Below, in pieces: positions 9,472-19,179 of a stretch of 64,000 nt of DNA. The stretch comes from an uncultured virus (IMG/VR IMGVR_UViG_3300042569_000394) (lineage: Duplodnaviria; Heunggongvirae; Uroviricota; Caudoviricetes): the IMG/VR virus record IMGVR_UViG_3300042569_000394. The stretch is one strand, 5' to 3'. The notes beneath the pieces were generated by a model. It was not told the origin of the DNA and made no database searches. It saw only the letters and a program-made list of their open reading frames with translations. How positions within the stretch are numbered: the stretch's first letter is position 1; every line of letters starts with the position of its first letter. The position numbers and the translations under genes are program-made.

Positions 9472-9777
9472 TTACCTAACAATATACTTTAGGGCAGACA
9501 CAAGATCATTGATTGCTTCGTGTGCTGTAAAGTAAATGTTTTTCTTCTCTCTATTTCCCTTGTCAACGTTTACCATCCATGTTGCTTTGAAAGCCATCTT
9601 GGCTGCAATAGCCTGCAGACGGACAATCTCCACGGTTGCTACGTTGAGTGGGATATCTGGTTTGATGATTAGTTTTGCAATAAATGTAAGGGCCTCGGTG
9701 AGTTCCTCGTCATTCATGTAGTCAGCGATCTCACTTAGACCGTTGACCATATCAATTGTTGTTTTCTGTTGCTCCAT
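9472..9777 (-). CDS. Hypothetical helical protein
   Basis: AAGGA RBS; TATAAT about 25 nt upstream. Confidence 0.7.
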   Translation of the reverse strand: MEQQKTTIDMVNGLSEIADYMNDEELTEALTFIAKLIIKPDIPLNVATVEIVRLQAIAAKMAFKATWMVNVDKGNREKKNIYFTAHEAINDLVSALKYIVR

Positions 9778-9803
9778 TATTTTCCTTAAAGGTTATACAT
9801 CTA

Positions 9804-10091
9804 TTATACATCATCAGACAGGATTTGTTCAAGTAGAGATAATTCGATCACTGCTAATCTAGTTTTTGAACCACTATCCCCAATAACCACAACGATAGCA
9901 GGATCATTGTTGTTTCGTATAGCGTCTGTAACAGCCTTAGCCCAGACATCCTTATTGAGCGTAAAACTCTTTCCGACCTCTTTGAAGTCAACCGTAAAGT
10001 TCTCCCAGGTGGCATCGCCCTTGTGTGTTCCTCTGCCTGAGTTCTTGTGCTGTTTGGCACCAAGACGTTTACTTTCGCTCTTCTCGCTCAT
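9804..10091 (-). CDS. Small PD-(D/E)xK nuclease (Hjc-like resolvase)
   Basis: E...NSGRG..KGD...VDFKE. Confidence 0.7.
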   Translation of the reverse strand: MSEKSESKRLGAKQHKNSGRGTHKGDATWENFTVDFKEVGKSFTLNKDVWAKAVTDAIRNNNDPAIVVVIGDSGSKTRLAVIELSLLEQILSDDV

Positions 10092-10254
10092 AGTCTTTCC
10101 TGTTTCTCTTTGTATTTAGGTTTACTGAAGACATGTGCTTTTCTGGACACATCCATGTTAGTTCTTTAGTTTCTGCATAGAATCTAACTGTCTTCACTTC
10201 TACCTTGCATTTGTGACAAGGAAAGGTTCCATGATAAATATCATACTTCGCCAT
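10069..10254 (-). CDS. Zinc-ribbon protein
   Basis: CHKC...CPEKH; start moved to MAKYD to minimise overlap with recA. Confidence 0.7.
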   Translation of the reverse strand: MAKYDIYHGTFPCHKCKVEVKTVRFYAETKELTWMCPEKHMSSVNLNTKRNRKDYEREERK

Positions 10255-11254
10255 TGACTTTAGCCTTAATAGCGTCTTGGAGATCAAGGTCTTCTCTCAC
10301 ACGGTTTACGAATGCTTCTCTACCCTGGACCTTAGAGCCGTCAGGAAGGATGTACCAAGCACCTGTACGCTCTACGATACCCATCATCTCTGCGGTGTCA
10401 ACTAGGTCTCCAACGCTGTCAATCCCAATGATCGGGCCTCTGAAGTAGAAGTCATATTCGCCAGACTGGAATGCAGGAGATGTCTTTGAGAACTGAACTT
10501 CCCAACGAACCTTACGCCCAACCTTTTCTTCAATGAGTTTATCTCCAACAGCAATCTTGCCCTTGATGGCCTGATTGTCTGATTCAGAACTGAATAGTTT
10601 AATTACGGTTGAACTGTAGAACTTTGTAGCCTGACCACCTGATGGCTGTTGGCTGGTGTACATAGCACTAATGTTATTACGAGACTGGCTGATCAGGACT
10701 AGCATGGTTGGCTTTACCTTGTTGTTGGCATAGTTCATCATCTTCCATGCGTTGCTAAAGTCTCTAGACTCTGCACCAATCTGCTTGGTGTTTTCTAGTT
10801 CCTTGAGTTCGTCTGTTCCCTTTTCGAAATAGATTGCAGGTAGAAGCGATGTGATGGAGTCAATAACAATAATGTCTACTCCTGCGTTCATCAGTGCTGT
10901 TCCTACGTCTACCATCTCGTTGATTGTACGAGCCTGAGATACAATTAGGTTCTCTGTATCTACCCCAAGTTTTTGTGCCCAGTCTTCTGAATACGACATC
11001 TCGGCATCAATCCAGGCACACAGTTTGCCCTCTTCTTGTGCAAGAGCAATCATCTGCAGGCATAGAGATGACTTTGCTGACGACTTAGATCCCCAGATAA
11101 GAACCTGCCTACCAAGTGGCAAGCCACCAAACAGTGCACGGTTTAGACCATGACTCGGGGTCTTCTGAAACTCTGTCTTAAATCCTACTCCATTAGAAAG
11201 TCTCTTGCGAATCTTTGGGTCTAGCAGTGCTAGGGCTTCTTCCATAGTGGTCAT
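10241..11254 (-). CDS. recA: RecA-like recombinase
   Basis: GGLPLGR, P-loop GSKSSAKSS, WIDAE, IVIDSI, GGQATKFYSS, GAWY. Confidence 0.92.
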   Translation of the reverse strand: MTTMEEALALLDPKIRKRLSNGVGFKTEFQKTPSHGLNRALFGGLPLGRQVLIWGSKSSAKSSLCLQMIALAQEEGKLCAWIDAEMSYSEDWAQKLGVDTENLIVSQARTINEMVDVGTALMNAGVDIIVIDSITSLLPAIYFEKGTDELKELENTKQIGAESRDFSNAWKMMNYANNKVKPTMLVLISQSRNNISAMYTSQQPSGGQATKFYSSTVIKLFSSESDNQAIKGKIAVGDKLIEEKVGRKVRWEVQFSKTSPAFQSGEYDFYFRGPIIGIDSVGDLVDTAEMMGIVERTGAWYILPDGSKVQGREAFVNRVREDLDLQDAIKAKVNGEV

Positions 11255-11601
11255 TAAAACTTCACCCCATTGCGTTCTGGTCGTGTGGTATTGTAATTTG
11301 TCTTTTTGTTAAAAGCCATCTGAAGATTTTCGTTTACGTATTCATGCTCACGCAAACCTGCATATAGGTCTAGCGTACGGATAATAATGTCAGCCATTTC
11401 ATCTGCTACCTCTTCTGGGCCACGTGACTTTCTGATTGCTTCCATAACCTCCACGGCCTCTGACACAATCATCATCAACTGCTTGGTGATAAAGATATCC
11501 TTTTGTTCCTGCGTAGCACCATCCATGATGGTCCAGAAACCTTTTTCTGTTGCTACTTCGTGCACTTCACGTGCCATAGTATCTAGTGTTTGACTAAACA
11601 T
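11254..11601 (-). CDS. MazG-like NTP pyrophosphohydrolase
   Basis: SEAVEVMEA...EEVADEMADIIIR (ExxE...ExxD); GGAGG RBS before ATG 11601. Confidence 0.8.
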   Translation of the reverse strand: MFSQTLDTMAREVHEVATEKGFWTIMDGATQEQKDIFITKQLMMIVSEAVEVMEAIRKSRGPEEVADEMADIIIRTLDLYAGLREHEYVNENLQMAFNKKTNYNTTRPERNGVKF

Positions 11602-14600
11602 TTTGTACATCCTCCATAATCGTTGTTCCGTCTTTTGTTTTACCAAAAGTAAATTTGTATGTCTTCCCCTCGTCGATCTTCATGTATGCCTTTGAGTAAG
11701 ACGTAGGGAAGACTGTAACTGGGTGTAGTGTTCTGCCAGCATCTGCTAGTGTTAGCGATGCCATCTTTTTTCCTGCTTTAGTAACACGTGATTTAAATGA
11801 AACTACAAACATCTCGTCATCCTTAAAGGGCAACTGGCGATAGTTTAAGAATCTAATCAGTGCTGACTCGTTTCCCTTAGTTTCATCTGCAGGAATAGCA
11901 GTAACAATTCTATTGTCGCTAGCAAGAATAATGTAAGTTCTTCCAGGCTCAATAGCGGTCTGCTCTTCATCAAAGATACCAACGCTGCCAGTCTTGTCAA
12001 GTATCTCTACACGACTCCAGCCCTTGCCACGCTTGATATCCTTAATCATTCCCATCAGGATGAACGATCCCTTTTCTTCAAACTCTTCTACCTCGTTTAT
12101 AAATGCGTGGTAGTGCTGTGGAATGGATACGTTGAACTCTGGTAGGTTGAGGTACTCATAAAGGTTCTCACGAACCTCATCGTCATTGCGTGGATTGTCT
12201 TCAAAGGTAGCAGCACCAACAAGACGAAGAGCCTGAAGAGCACGAGAGTTAACACCATTACCCTTACCAAAAGTAAACTCCTCAAGTTCTTTGTACGAAG
12301 CAAAAGGCCTAGCATCAATATACTTGCTAGCAATGTTGTCTGAAATAAACTTAATGGCTGATAGTCCAAAGCGGATACCCTTCCCCTCAATCTTAAAGTC
12401 AATGTCTGACTCGTTAATGTGTGGCAAACGAACTGGAATACCCATACGCTTTGCTTCAATCAAATACTCTGTACGAGCATCCTTGTCCTTTTCGTTCTTG
12501 AGCAATGAATACATAAACTCAATTGGGTAGTAGTACTTCAACCATGCTGTCCAGTATGATAGCGTTGAGTATGCTACGGCGTGAGACTTGTTGAATGAGT
12601 ACCCTGCGTGAGCCTCAAAGTCGTGCCACAGTTCTTCTGCTGCTTCTGGTCGCAAGAAGTTTGATGCACCCTTTACGAACTGATCTTTAAATTGGTCGAA
12701 TTCTTTTGCATCTTTCTTCTTACCAATGATCTTACGAACCTTGTCAGCCTCTGCCATTGACATACCGCCAAGTTCTGTACAAGCCTGCATAACCTGTTCC
12801 TGATACAAGATGCATCCATAGGTTTCTGCAGTAAAGGCTTTCATTACTTGGTGGTGGTAAGAGATGTTCTGCTTACCGTGCTTACGAGCAATGTAGTCTT
12901 TACCGATTGTGTTCATAGCACCTGGGCGAACTAAAGCGTTAGATGCTGCAAGTTCTGCAAAGTTCTTGACACGCATCTTTACTAGCAGGTTGGTGTAAGG
13001 AGTTGCTTCACACTGAAACACGCCCTTGGTGTATCCGTCAGAGAGCATCTCGTAGATGTTGCTATCTTCCATATTCAGTTTGTGAAGATCAACTTTTTTG
13101 CCAGTTCTTTCCTGAACAATCTTTAGGGTGTCCTGAATAACAGACAAGGTCTTTAGGCCAAGTGCGTCAATCTTAATTAGGCCAATACGCTCTGCTTCTT
13201 CCATGTCTACGGCAACTACTGGAATGCGTTCTTTGCTGCCTGGCGTTGTGCGAGTTTCTAGTGGAGCATACTTAAAGATAGGTTCCTTAGATGTAACAAC
13301 ACCTGCAGCGTGAATACCAGTACCACGGATACGACCACGCAACTGCTCACCATACATCTCAATCTCTGGATACTTCTCACGGAACTCTGCAGTCTGCTTT
13401 GAGCGTAGGTAATCGTCCCAGTCATCAACGAGTTTAAGAACTTTGTTTACGTCTGGTAGTGGAATGTTTAGCACACGAGCGATGTCACGAATCATACCCT
13501 TGCCCTTGAACTCAAGGAACGTAGCGATAGATGCAACGTGACGATACTGGCGAACTAGGTAGTCCTTTACTTCTTCACGGCGGTTGTCCTGAATATCAGT
13601 ATCAATATCTGGGAAGTCGTTACGCTCTGGATTAATAAAGCGGAAGAACAGAAGTCCGTGTTGGATAGGGTCAATGTCTGTAATGCCTAGTGCATAGCAG
13701 AGTAGCGAACCTGCAGAAGATCCACGACCTGGCCCAACCATGATGTCTTCTTTCTTTGCCCAAGCAATCATGCTACGGACAACAAGGAAGTACGGACCAA
13801 AGTTCTTGTCTTTGATGATGCCAAGTTCTTCGTTTAGTCTGTCTAGATATTCTTGCTTGTCTGCCAAGCCTTTTGCACGAAGTCCATCCAATGCTAGAGT
13901 ATATAGTTCTTCATCTGGATTCTGATACTGGACTGGGAGAAGATCAATGTGGTCTTGAATATCGTAGTCTTCAATCTTGTCTACAATCTCAAGCGTGTTG
14001 TCATACATGTCTTGACGTGTAATACCCTGAGCACCCATAGCGTTGTGCATCTCTTCATCGGAGAGTAGGTGAATCTCAAACTTGTTAAACGACATCTGGC
14101 GTTCTGCACCATAGAGGTAATCAAGTTTGTCCATAAGACCCTCGTGCTTGGTAGAACCCTCGTAGGTAGAACCCTTTTCTACCTTATTCGAATATGAGTT
14201 TAGGATTAGTTTAAGTTCCTGAATCTCTTTCTGTGACGGATCAGAGTGGTGGCAGTCTGGCGTAACAATTGGCTTAATTCCGAATTCATCTGCCAGTGCC
14301 AAAATAACGTCATTAATTTCTTTAGGGTTATGTGGCATCACTTCTATGTAGTAATCGTCTCCAAACGTCTCCTGTGCCCACTGAAGGTGGGTTTTGGCAG
14401 CAGCCAGGTTGTCCGACTCAATGGCTTTGGCTAGATATCCGCTAAGGCAGCCAGAGGTAATAACAAGACCCTCTTTATACTGCTCTAGAATCTTCCAGTC
14501 CATACGAGGCTTCTTGTAGAAACCCTCTGTCCAAGCAAGTTCATTTAGTTTGTTAAGGTTCTCTAGACCCTTTGCATTCTTAGCGAGAATGATAAGGTGG

Positions 14601-14872
14601 TTGTAGTTGAGGTCTAGTGGGTCGTTCTTATCTTTCTTATCTTCGTGGTCAAAGCGGTCATTCGCAATGTACCCCTCAATTCCTAGAATTGGTTTGATAC
14701 CTGCAGCCTTAGCAGCACGGTACATCTCACGGTGTCCAGATAGTGATCCGTGGTCAGTGATGGCGATGGCTGGCATACCTAGTGCGACAGCCCTGTCTAC
14801 ATATTCTTGCGGTGTCGCAATTCCATCGAAAAGCGAATAGTGTGTGTGAACGTGAAGTCCAGCGTAACTCAT
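11594..14872 (-). CDS. dnaE: DNA polymerase III alpha subunit (C family) with PHP domain
   Basis: HVHTHYSLFDG, TDHG, GPGRGSSAGS, PDIDTD, KIDALG, FNKSHA; start at ATG 14872 (AAGGA RBS and promoter upstream). Confidence 0.96.
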   Translation of the reverse strand: MSYAGLHVHTHYSLFDGIATPQEYVDRAVALGMPAIAITDHGSLSGHREMYRAAKAAGIKPILGIEGYIANDRFDHEDKKDKNDPLDLNYNHLIILAKNAKGLENLNKLNELAWTEGFYKKPRMDWKILEQYKEGLVITSGCLSGYLAKAIESDNLAAAKTHLQWAQETFGDDYYIEVMPHNPKEINDVILALADEFGIKPIVTPDCHHSDPSQKEIQELKLILNSYSNKVEKGSTYEGSTKHEGLMDKLDYLYGAERQMSFNKFEIHLLSDEEMHNAMGAQGITRQDMYDNTLEIVDKIEDYDIQDHIDLLPVQYQNPDEELYTLALDGLRAKGLADKQEYLDRLNEELGIIKDKNFGPYFLVVRSMIAWAKKEDIMVGPGRGSSAGSLLCYALGITDIDPIQHGLLFFRFINPERNDFPDIDTDIQDNRREEVKDYLVRQYRHVASIATFLEFKGKGMIRDIARVLNIPLPDVNKVLKLVDDWDDYLRSKQTAEFREKYPEIEMYGEQLRGRIRGTGIHAAGVVTSKEPIFKYAPLETRTTPGSKERIPVVAVDMEEAERIGLIKIDALGLKTLSVIQDTLKIVQERTGKKVDLHKLNMEDSNIYEMLSDGYTKGVFQCEATPYTNLLVKMRVKNFAELAASNALVRPGAMNTIGKDYIARKHGKQNISYHHQVMKAFTAETYGCILYQEQVMQACTELGGMSMAEADKVRKIIGKKKDAKEFDQFKDQFVKGASNFLRPEAAEELWHDFEAHAGYSFNKSHAVAYSTLSYWTAWLKYYYPIEFMYSLLKNEKDKDARTEYLIEAKRMGIPVRLPHINESDIDFKIEGKGIRFGLSAIKFISDNIASKYIDARPFASYKELEEFTFGKGNGVNSRALQALRLVGAATFEDNPRNDDEVRENLYEYLNLPEFNVSIPQHYHAFINEVEEFEEKGSFILMGMIKDIKRGKGWSRVEILDKTGSVGIFDEEQTAIEPGRTYIILASDNRIVTAIPADETKGNESALIRFLNYRQLPFKDDEMFVVSFKSRVTKAGKKMASLTLADAGRTLHPVTVFPTSYSKAYMKIDEGKTYKFTFGKTKDGTTIMEDVQNV

Positions 14873-14900
14873 AGTGTCCTTAATGTTTTGATGTGTAAAA

Positions 14901-14929
14901 ATTATGACATACTTTAGTGGCGATGTCAA
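14901..14929 (-). promoter_or_regulatory. Sigma70-type promoter of dnaE
   Basis: TTGACA-17nt-CATAAT with a TG extension. Confidence 0.8.
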
Positions 14930-14936
14930 TGCCTGT

Positions 14937-14969
14937 AAACAAATGTAGGGGTACCGAAGTACCCCCACA
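14937..14969 (-). terminator. Intrinsic terminator after SSB
   Basis: TGTGGGGGTAC-TTCG-GTACCCCTACA followed by TTTGTTT. Confidence 0.85.
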
Positions 14970-14980
14970 AGTGTTAGTTG

Positions 14981-15634
14981 TTACCAGTCCATATTTGCTG
15001 ATGTGACTGACGGAGAATCGAATCCAAGATAGAATGCTTCCTGCTCCGCATATGGCACGTGGCGAACCACAGTGTCCAAGTTGAATGGCTCAATGCCAGT
15101 CCAGTCAAACGGCTCTGAGTCTGGCTTGGTTGGTAGAAGCGTGTAGTTGGTTTCAGTTCCCTGACCATTACGCTTAATCTTCCACTCAAGGTTTGAGATC
15201 GAACCTGTCTCTAGTGCATACTCACGAAGAGTGTTGAATGCAGACTGCTTTGAGATGCCCTGCGACCATACGGCTACATATGGAGGCTCTAGTCCGTCAT
15301 CAACTAGAACGTTGCAGTAGAAACGAAGACGAGCCTTCCAGCCAGCCTTTGGATCCTTGCGGTGCATTTCTTCTGCCCAGTCACGGCCTTCGCTGTCCAT
15401 GGTGTCTACAGCCTTACGCTTGTAGTCCTTTGGGTTGGTGTGTTCCTTGACTACAATTGCAAGGCCACGGTCAGCACTGTAACTAGCCGAGTCCTGATCA
15501 AGTTCCTCAATGAAACGAATTTTTGCAGACTGTCCGTCTGCTAGTTTTACCCAACGAACCTTTGGTCCATTGCTTTCATACTTTGGCTTATCCATTAGTG
15601 CATTGATATTTGTTAGCCCTCTGATGATACTCAT
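14981..15634 (-). CDS. Single-stranded DNA-binding protein (phage gp32/OB-like)
   Basis: KLADGQSAKIRF, WKIKRNGQGTETNYTL, acidic/aromatic C-terminus; lies between primase and polymerase. Confidence 0.7.
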   Translation of the reverse strand: MSIIRGLTNINALMDKPKYESNGPKVRWVKLADGQSAKIRFIEELDQDSASYSADRGLAIVVKEHTNPKDYKRKAVDTMDSEGRDWAEEMHRKDPKAGWKARLRFYCNVLVDDGLEPPYVAVWSQGISKQSAFNTLREYALETGSISNLEWKIKRNGQGTETNYTLLPTKPDSEPFDWTGIEPFNLDTVVRHVPYAEQEAFYLGFDSPSVTSANMDW

Positions 15635-15659
15635 GTTGCTCTCCTTTTATATTGGTTTA

Positions 15660-16604
15660 TTATTGTAGCATAGCAGCGATACTCTTGTCAAACGATTCAT
15701 CAAGATTCTTGATATCTTCATCAGACATATCGCCAATATCCTTATATTGTTTATCTAGTTTAACTACGTTAACACGAGAGCCAAGTCTTTCGACTATCTT
15801 GTCTTTCATGTTACCGCCTGCTTCATCATTATCTGCAATAACTATAATGTTATTGAAGTATTTTTGTAGTAGGTCTGTTTGGAAATTAGATACGTTAGCA
15901 CCTAATGTCGCTACCGCTGGAAAGCCACACTGGTCAAGGCGGATGGCATCGAATGATGATTCGACAACATAGACCTTGCTTGATGTCTTTACACGGTGTA
16001 GGTTAAATAGGACTTTGCTCTTGGGAAGTCCTGGAGTATTTTTAAAGTCTTTGCCTTCGATTGATCTTCCAACAAAGCCAACCTCTGTGCCGTCAGGCGA
16101 GTGGACTGGGATAGTCACCATGTCCTGCTTTTCGGAGAACCCTAGACCAAACTTCTTTACGGAATCTTCTGAGACAAGTCTGCCAGAGTAGTAACGCATG
16201 GCACGTGGTGAATCTAATGCTTGTTGGTTTAAACGCTTAATTAAAACTTGATCATACTGCGTGTATTCTGGTTTAGTGACCAGAGCCTTACTAACTATCT
16301 GCTCAATGTTAGTTTCTGTTTCTTTAGACTTGATATATCGGATTGCTTCGAAATAAGATCTTCCAGATGTGTGCATGATGAACTCTGGTAGGCTAGCAAC
16401 GTGGTGGCAAGAAAAGCAAAAGAATGTTCCGTTTACCTTGTCGATTTCTCCAGCAGGCGAACGGTAATTGTTGTGGTATGGGCAAAAGATAATGTAATCA
16501 GAATCTACTTCTGATTCAATGTCGATTCCTGACCCAATAAGAATTCGCTGGATTTGCTCGGCTGTGTATAAATCACTGTTGTGCCGTCTATCCCCACTAC
16601 GCAT
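15660..16604 (-). CDS. dnaG: DNA primase (Zn finger + TOPRIM)
   Basis: CPYH...CFSC, VVESSFD, ADNDEAG, KDIGD. Confidence 0.9.
   Translation of the reverse strand: MRSGDRRHNSDLYTAEQIQRILIGSGIDIESEVDSDYIIFCPYHNNYRSPAGEIDKVNGTFFCFSCHHVASLPEFIMHTSGRSYFEAIRYIKSKETETNIEQIVSKALVTKPEYTQYDQVLIKRLNQQALDSPRAMRYYSGRLVSEDSVKKFGLGFSEKQDMVTIPVHSPDGTEVGFVGRSIEGKDFKNTPGLPKSKVLFNLHRVKTSSKVYVVESSFDAIRLDQCGFPAVATLGANVSNFQTDLLQKYFNNIIVIADNDEAGGNMKDKIVERLGSRVNVVKLDKQYKDIGDMSDEDIKNLDESFDKSIAAMLQ
15662..15691 (-). promoter_or_regulatory. Promoter of SSB embedded in the primase 3' end
   Basis: TTGACA-18nt-TACAAT with a TG extension. Confidence 0.65.
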
Positions 16605-16849
16605 TCAATCTTCTTCTTTCCTATGTATGTTCCGTATACTGATATTTTAAATATAAAGGTTTCTGTTTTTCTATTATACCTGATCGTAAAGTCTGAGTCA
16701 ATGTCAAGCCTTTCAGCATATCCAGAGTCTCGCATTTGTTGTCTCAACAACCTAGTATATTCTGTTTTTAATCTTGGAATTGCCGAATCATCGTGAATCT
16801 CTCCACTAAATGAAAACCGCTTAATAGACTTATGGTGTAAATTTTCCAC
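16505..16849 (-). CDS. Hypothetical protein, probably leaderless
   Basis: GTG start 5 nt after TATAAT; overlaps the primase 5' end by 100 nt. Confidence 0.6.
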   Translation of the reverse strand: MENLHHKSIKRFSFSGEIHDDSAIPRLKTEYTRLLRQQMRDSGYAERLDIDSDFTIRYNRKTETFIFKISVYGTYIGKKKIECVVGIDGTTVIYTQPSKSSEFLLGQESTLNQK

Positions 16850-16872
16850 ACTCTATTATAACCAATTTTCTT

Positions 16873-18093
16873 TTAGTTATCTTCAAAGTCCTTGTACTTG
16901 TACCAGCCCTTGTCAAAGTCTACCTGCACCAAGAACTCGCCCATAAAGCCATTACGGTTCTTACGGAAGACACACTCTAGAATGTCTGAGTTGGTAGCAC
17001 GGCCCAGTGCTAGAACCCAGTCAGCATCATAGGCGATCTGGCGAGACCATGCGGTCTGGCCTAGCGTAGGAACTGTGTCTAGTTTAGTAACGTCATCTGG
17101 CGTAGCAGACGAGATAGCAATGATAGGCATCTCTTCGCTAATAGCCATAAGTTTAAGTTCACGAGATAGGTTCTTCATGCGTACCGTTTCGTTATCTGAC
17201 TTCTGGTTAGGCGACATCAACTGTAGGTAGTCTACAATAACTAGGTCTGGCTTATACTGATCAATCTTTCCACGAATAACTGATGGGTTTACTTCTCCAC
17301 CAGAATCGTTTGAGATGATGTGGAACTCTGGCTTGCCAGCAAGTTCCTTAGAGTGCCAACGCTTTAGGTCTTCAATCTCAACCTGACCGTTAGACAGTTT
17401 GCGATGTGACCAAAGGCCCTCGCCCATAATTGCAAACACACGATTACGAACTTCTGTCTCGCTCATTTCAAGAGAGATAATGAGTGGCGATCTACCCTGC
17501 TTCCATGCCTGTACCGCCATGTAAAGAGCAAACCAAGACTTGCCGATACCTGGATACGCTAGGAAGACACCCAATTGTCCTGGAGTAATTCCAGCAGGTA
17601 GGTAGTTGTCAAAGCCTGGTAGGCCAGTCTTAATACCGATTGAGCCAAGTGCTTGCTGTCTTGCTAGGTTCTCAAAGTATGCCACTGCTGAATCAAGATC
17701 GGTGGCATCAATGTCACGGATAGTTGCGGTGTTCTTCTTGAGTTCTGAAGTCTTGGCAATAATTGTTTCTAGGGCTTCTGCACTGTGACCAGCCTGAACG
17801 TCAGAGGCAGCATTGCGAAGAAGTTCTTTGACGCTGTCGTTTAGGAATTCCTTTTGGAGTTCTTCTAGGTGATACTTGGTAGCACCAATGTTCTCGGCTG
17901 GGGTGAAGTCACGAAACTTTTCGATCACTAGGGATACTGGTGGCACTGAAGAGTTGGCCTCTGAATAGTTTCTGATAAACTGCCAAATGTCTTTGTGGGT
18001 ACGCAAAAGATTCTCTACGTTTGCCTGTAGCAATACGTGAACCTGCTTGTCCTGTAGGACTGCTGTTAGTAGTCTAGCCTCTGTATTACTCAT
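16873..18093 (-). CDS. dnaB: DnaB-like replicative helicase
   Basis: AYPGIGKS, ISLEM, IVDYLQLM, IAYDAD, KNRNG. Confidence 0.93.
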   Translation of the reverse strand: MSNTEARLLTAVLQDKQVHVLLQANVENLLRTHKDIWQFIRNYSEANSSVPPVSLVIEKFRDFTPAENIGATKYHLEELQKEFLNDSVKELLRNAASDVQAGHSAEALETIIAKTSELKKNTATIRDIDATDLDSAVAYFENLARQQALGSIGIKTGLPGFDNYLPAGITPGQLGVFLAYPGIGKSWFALYMAVQAWKQGRSPLIISLEMSETEVRNRVFAIMGEGLWSHRKLSNGQVEIEDLKRWHSKELAGKPEFHIISNDSGGEVNPSVIRGKIDQYKPDLVIVDYLQLMSPNQKSDNETVRMKNLSRELKLMAISEEMPIIAISSATPDDVTKLDTVPTLGQTAWSRQIAYDADWVLALGRATNSDILECVFRKNRNGFMGEFLVQVDFDKGWYKYKDFEDN

Positions 18094-18397
18094 TGTTTAA
18101 CCATTCCTTAGCCAGTCTACGGCGTTCGGCTCTCTCTTTATTGTCTAGTTCTAGTTGTTCACGTTTGGTAATTATGTCGTGAGCATAGTTTGCAAAATAT
18201 TTCCATGTTGGATTTTGTGCAACACTAAAGTAATATTCTAGCAGGTCGTAGCAGAAAGGTAAAGTGTAAGATTCGATTAGGGCATCTGATGCCCACTGCT
18301 CTACGTTTAAATTCAATAATGGCTTTGCCTCAAACTTTTGGGTATGTAGTTTAGAGTATCTTGAAAGCAAAGCCATTCGGTCTTTGCGATCTGCCAT
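18086..18397 (-). CDS. Hypothetical protein
   Basis: Coupled ORF upstream of the helicase. Confidence 0.7.
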   Translation of the reverse strand: MADRKDRMALLSRYSKLHTQKFEAKPLLNLNVEQWASDALIESYTLPFCYDLLEYYFSVAQNPTWKYFANYAHDIITKREQLELDNKERAERRRLAKEWLNNE

Positions 18398-18606
18398 TAC
18401 TTGCTTTCGATCTCGCCTTGAGCCTCGTTAACCTTTTCCTGAAGTTTGGCTTCAACAAAAGAGTATACACGATCGAATGCTTCGTTGGTGTTCTCACCAT
18501 CACGCTTGTTATCTGTAACAGATACATCAATTCTCAATGATTGAAAATTGCCTAGGTTGAGCGTATAGCCTAGCCCAACAGTTACCTTGGTGTCTTCGTT
18601 ATTCAT
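18397..18606 (-). CDS. Hypothetical small protein
   Basis: AAGGA RBS; GYTLNLGNFQSLRID beta-hairpin followed by a helix. Confidence 0.7.
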   Translation of the reverse strand: MNNEDTKVTVGLGYTLNLGNFQSLRIDVSVTDNKRDGENTNEAFDRVYSFVEAKLQEKVNEAQGEIESK

Positions 18607-18628
18607 ACCCTGTTCCTTTCAAGAACAA

Positions 18629-19171
18629 TTAAATTGATTCGGACCAGATAGGGATAAACCGTCCATCTTCAGTCCTTGTATATGTAAGTATACCATCTCC
18701 CATACGCCGTGTCAACTCTTGTCTTGTAGGCGTAATGTCGTTAGTAATTAACTTATCATTTCTTGGTCTACCAATATGGTAGGTAGCAAGTATATCACGA
18801 ATCTCTAAAACTTGCGACTCTGAATAATAACTTCTTACCTGCCATCCTGTGCTACCCCCCTTTTGAGAACCTGTGGGGTGAGGAATGATTCCTCGTTTCA
18901 TTAGTGATGGCATATACTTCTTGTGTCTGTTGACTAGGTCTGCAGTTTGACCTACAGTATAAGCACGTTCTCTATTCTTTTTAAAATCGCTAATTAGACA
19001 ACTTTCAATCTGATCTTTTACAATGTTATAAACAGACATAATTCCATTAGATTTGTTAAGGTGGTGAACACGAACAAGGTCTCCGTTTAAGAACCAGACT
19101 TTTTTATTGCCAGAAATTACTGGTTTACTATTATATCCAACAGCAGCAAGGTTGTTGTTTTTGGTTGACAC
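18629..19171 (-). CDS. DNA-binding protein with MerR-like winged HTH
   Basis: YTVGQTADLVNRH...KRGIIP...RSYYSESQVLEIRDIL; AGGAG RBS and GTG start. Confidence 0.65.
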   Translation of the reverse strand: MSTKNNNLAAVGYNSKPVISGNKKVWFLNGDLVRVHHLNKSNGIMSVYNIVKDQIESCLISDFKKNRERAYTVGQTADLVNRHKKYMPSLMKRGIIPHPTGSQKGGSTGWQVRSYYSESQVLEIRDILATYHIGRPRNDKLITNDITPTRQELTRRMGDGILTYTRTEDGRFIPIWSESI

Positions 19172-19179
19172 TATTGCTC

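Noticed and set aside
14873..14968. N-terminal extension of DnaE in the ORF track
   Set aside because: It spans a terminator and the dnaE promoter; the RBS and homology start at ATG 14872
1814..18093. Inteins or introns in nrdJ, terL, recA, dnaE or dnaB
   Set aside because: ORFs are continuous, of ordinary length, with no splice or homing-endonuclease motifs noticed
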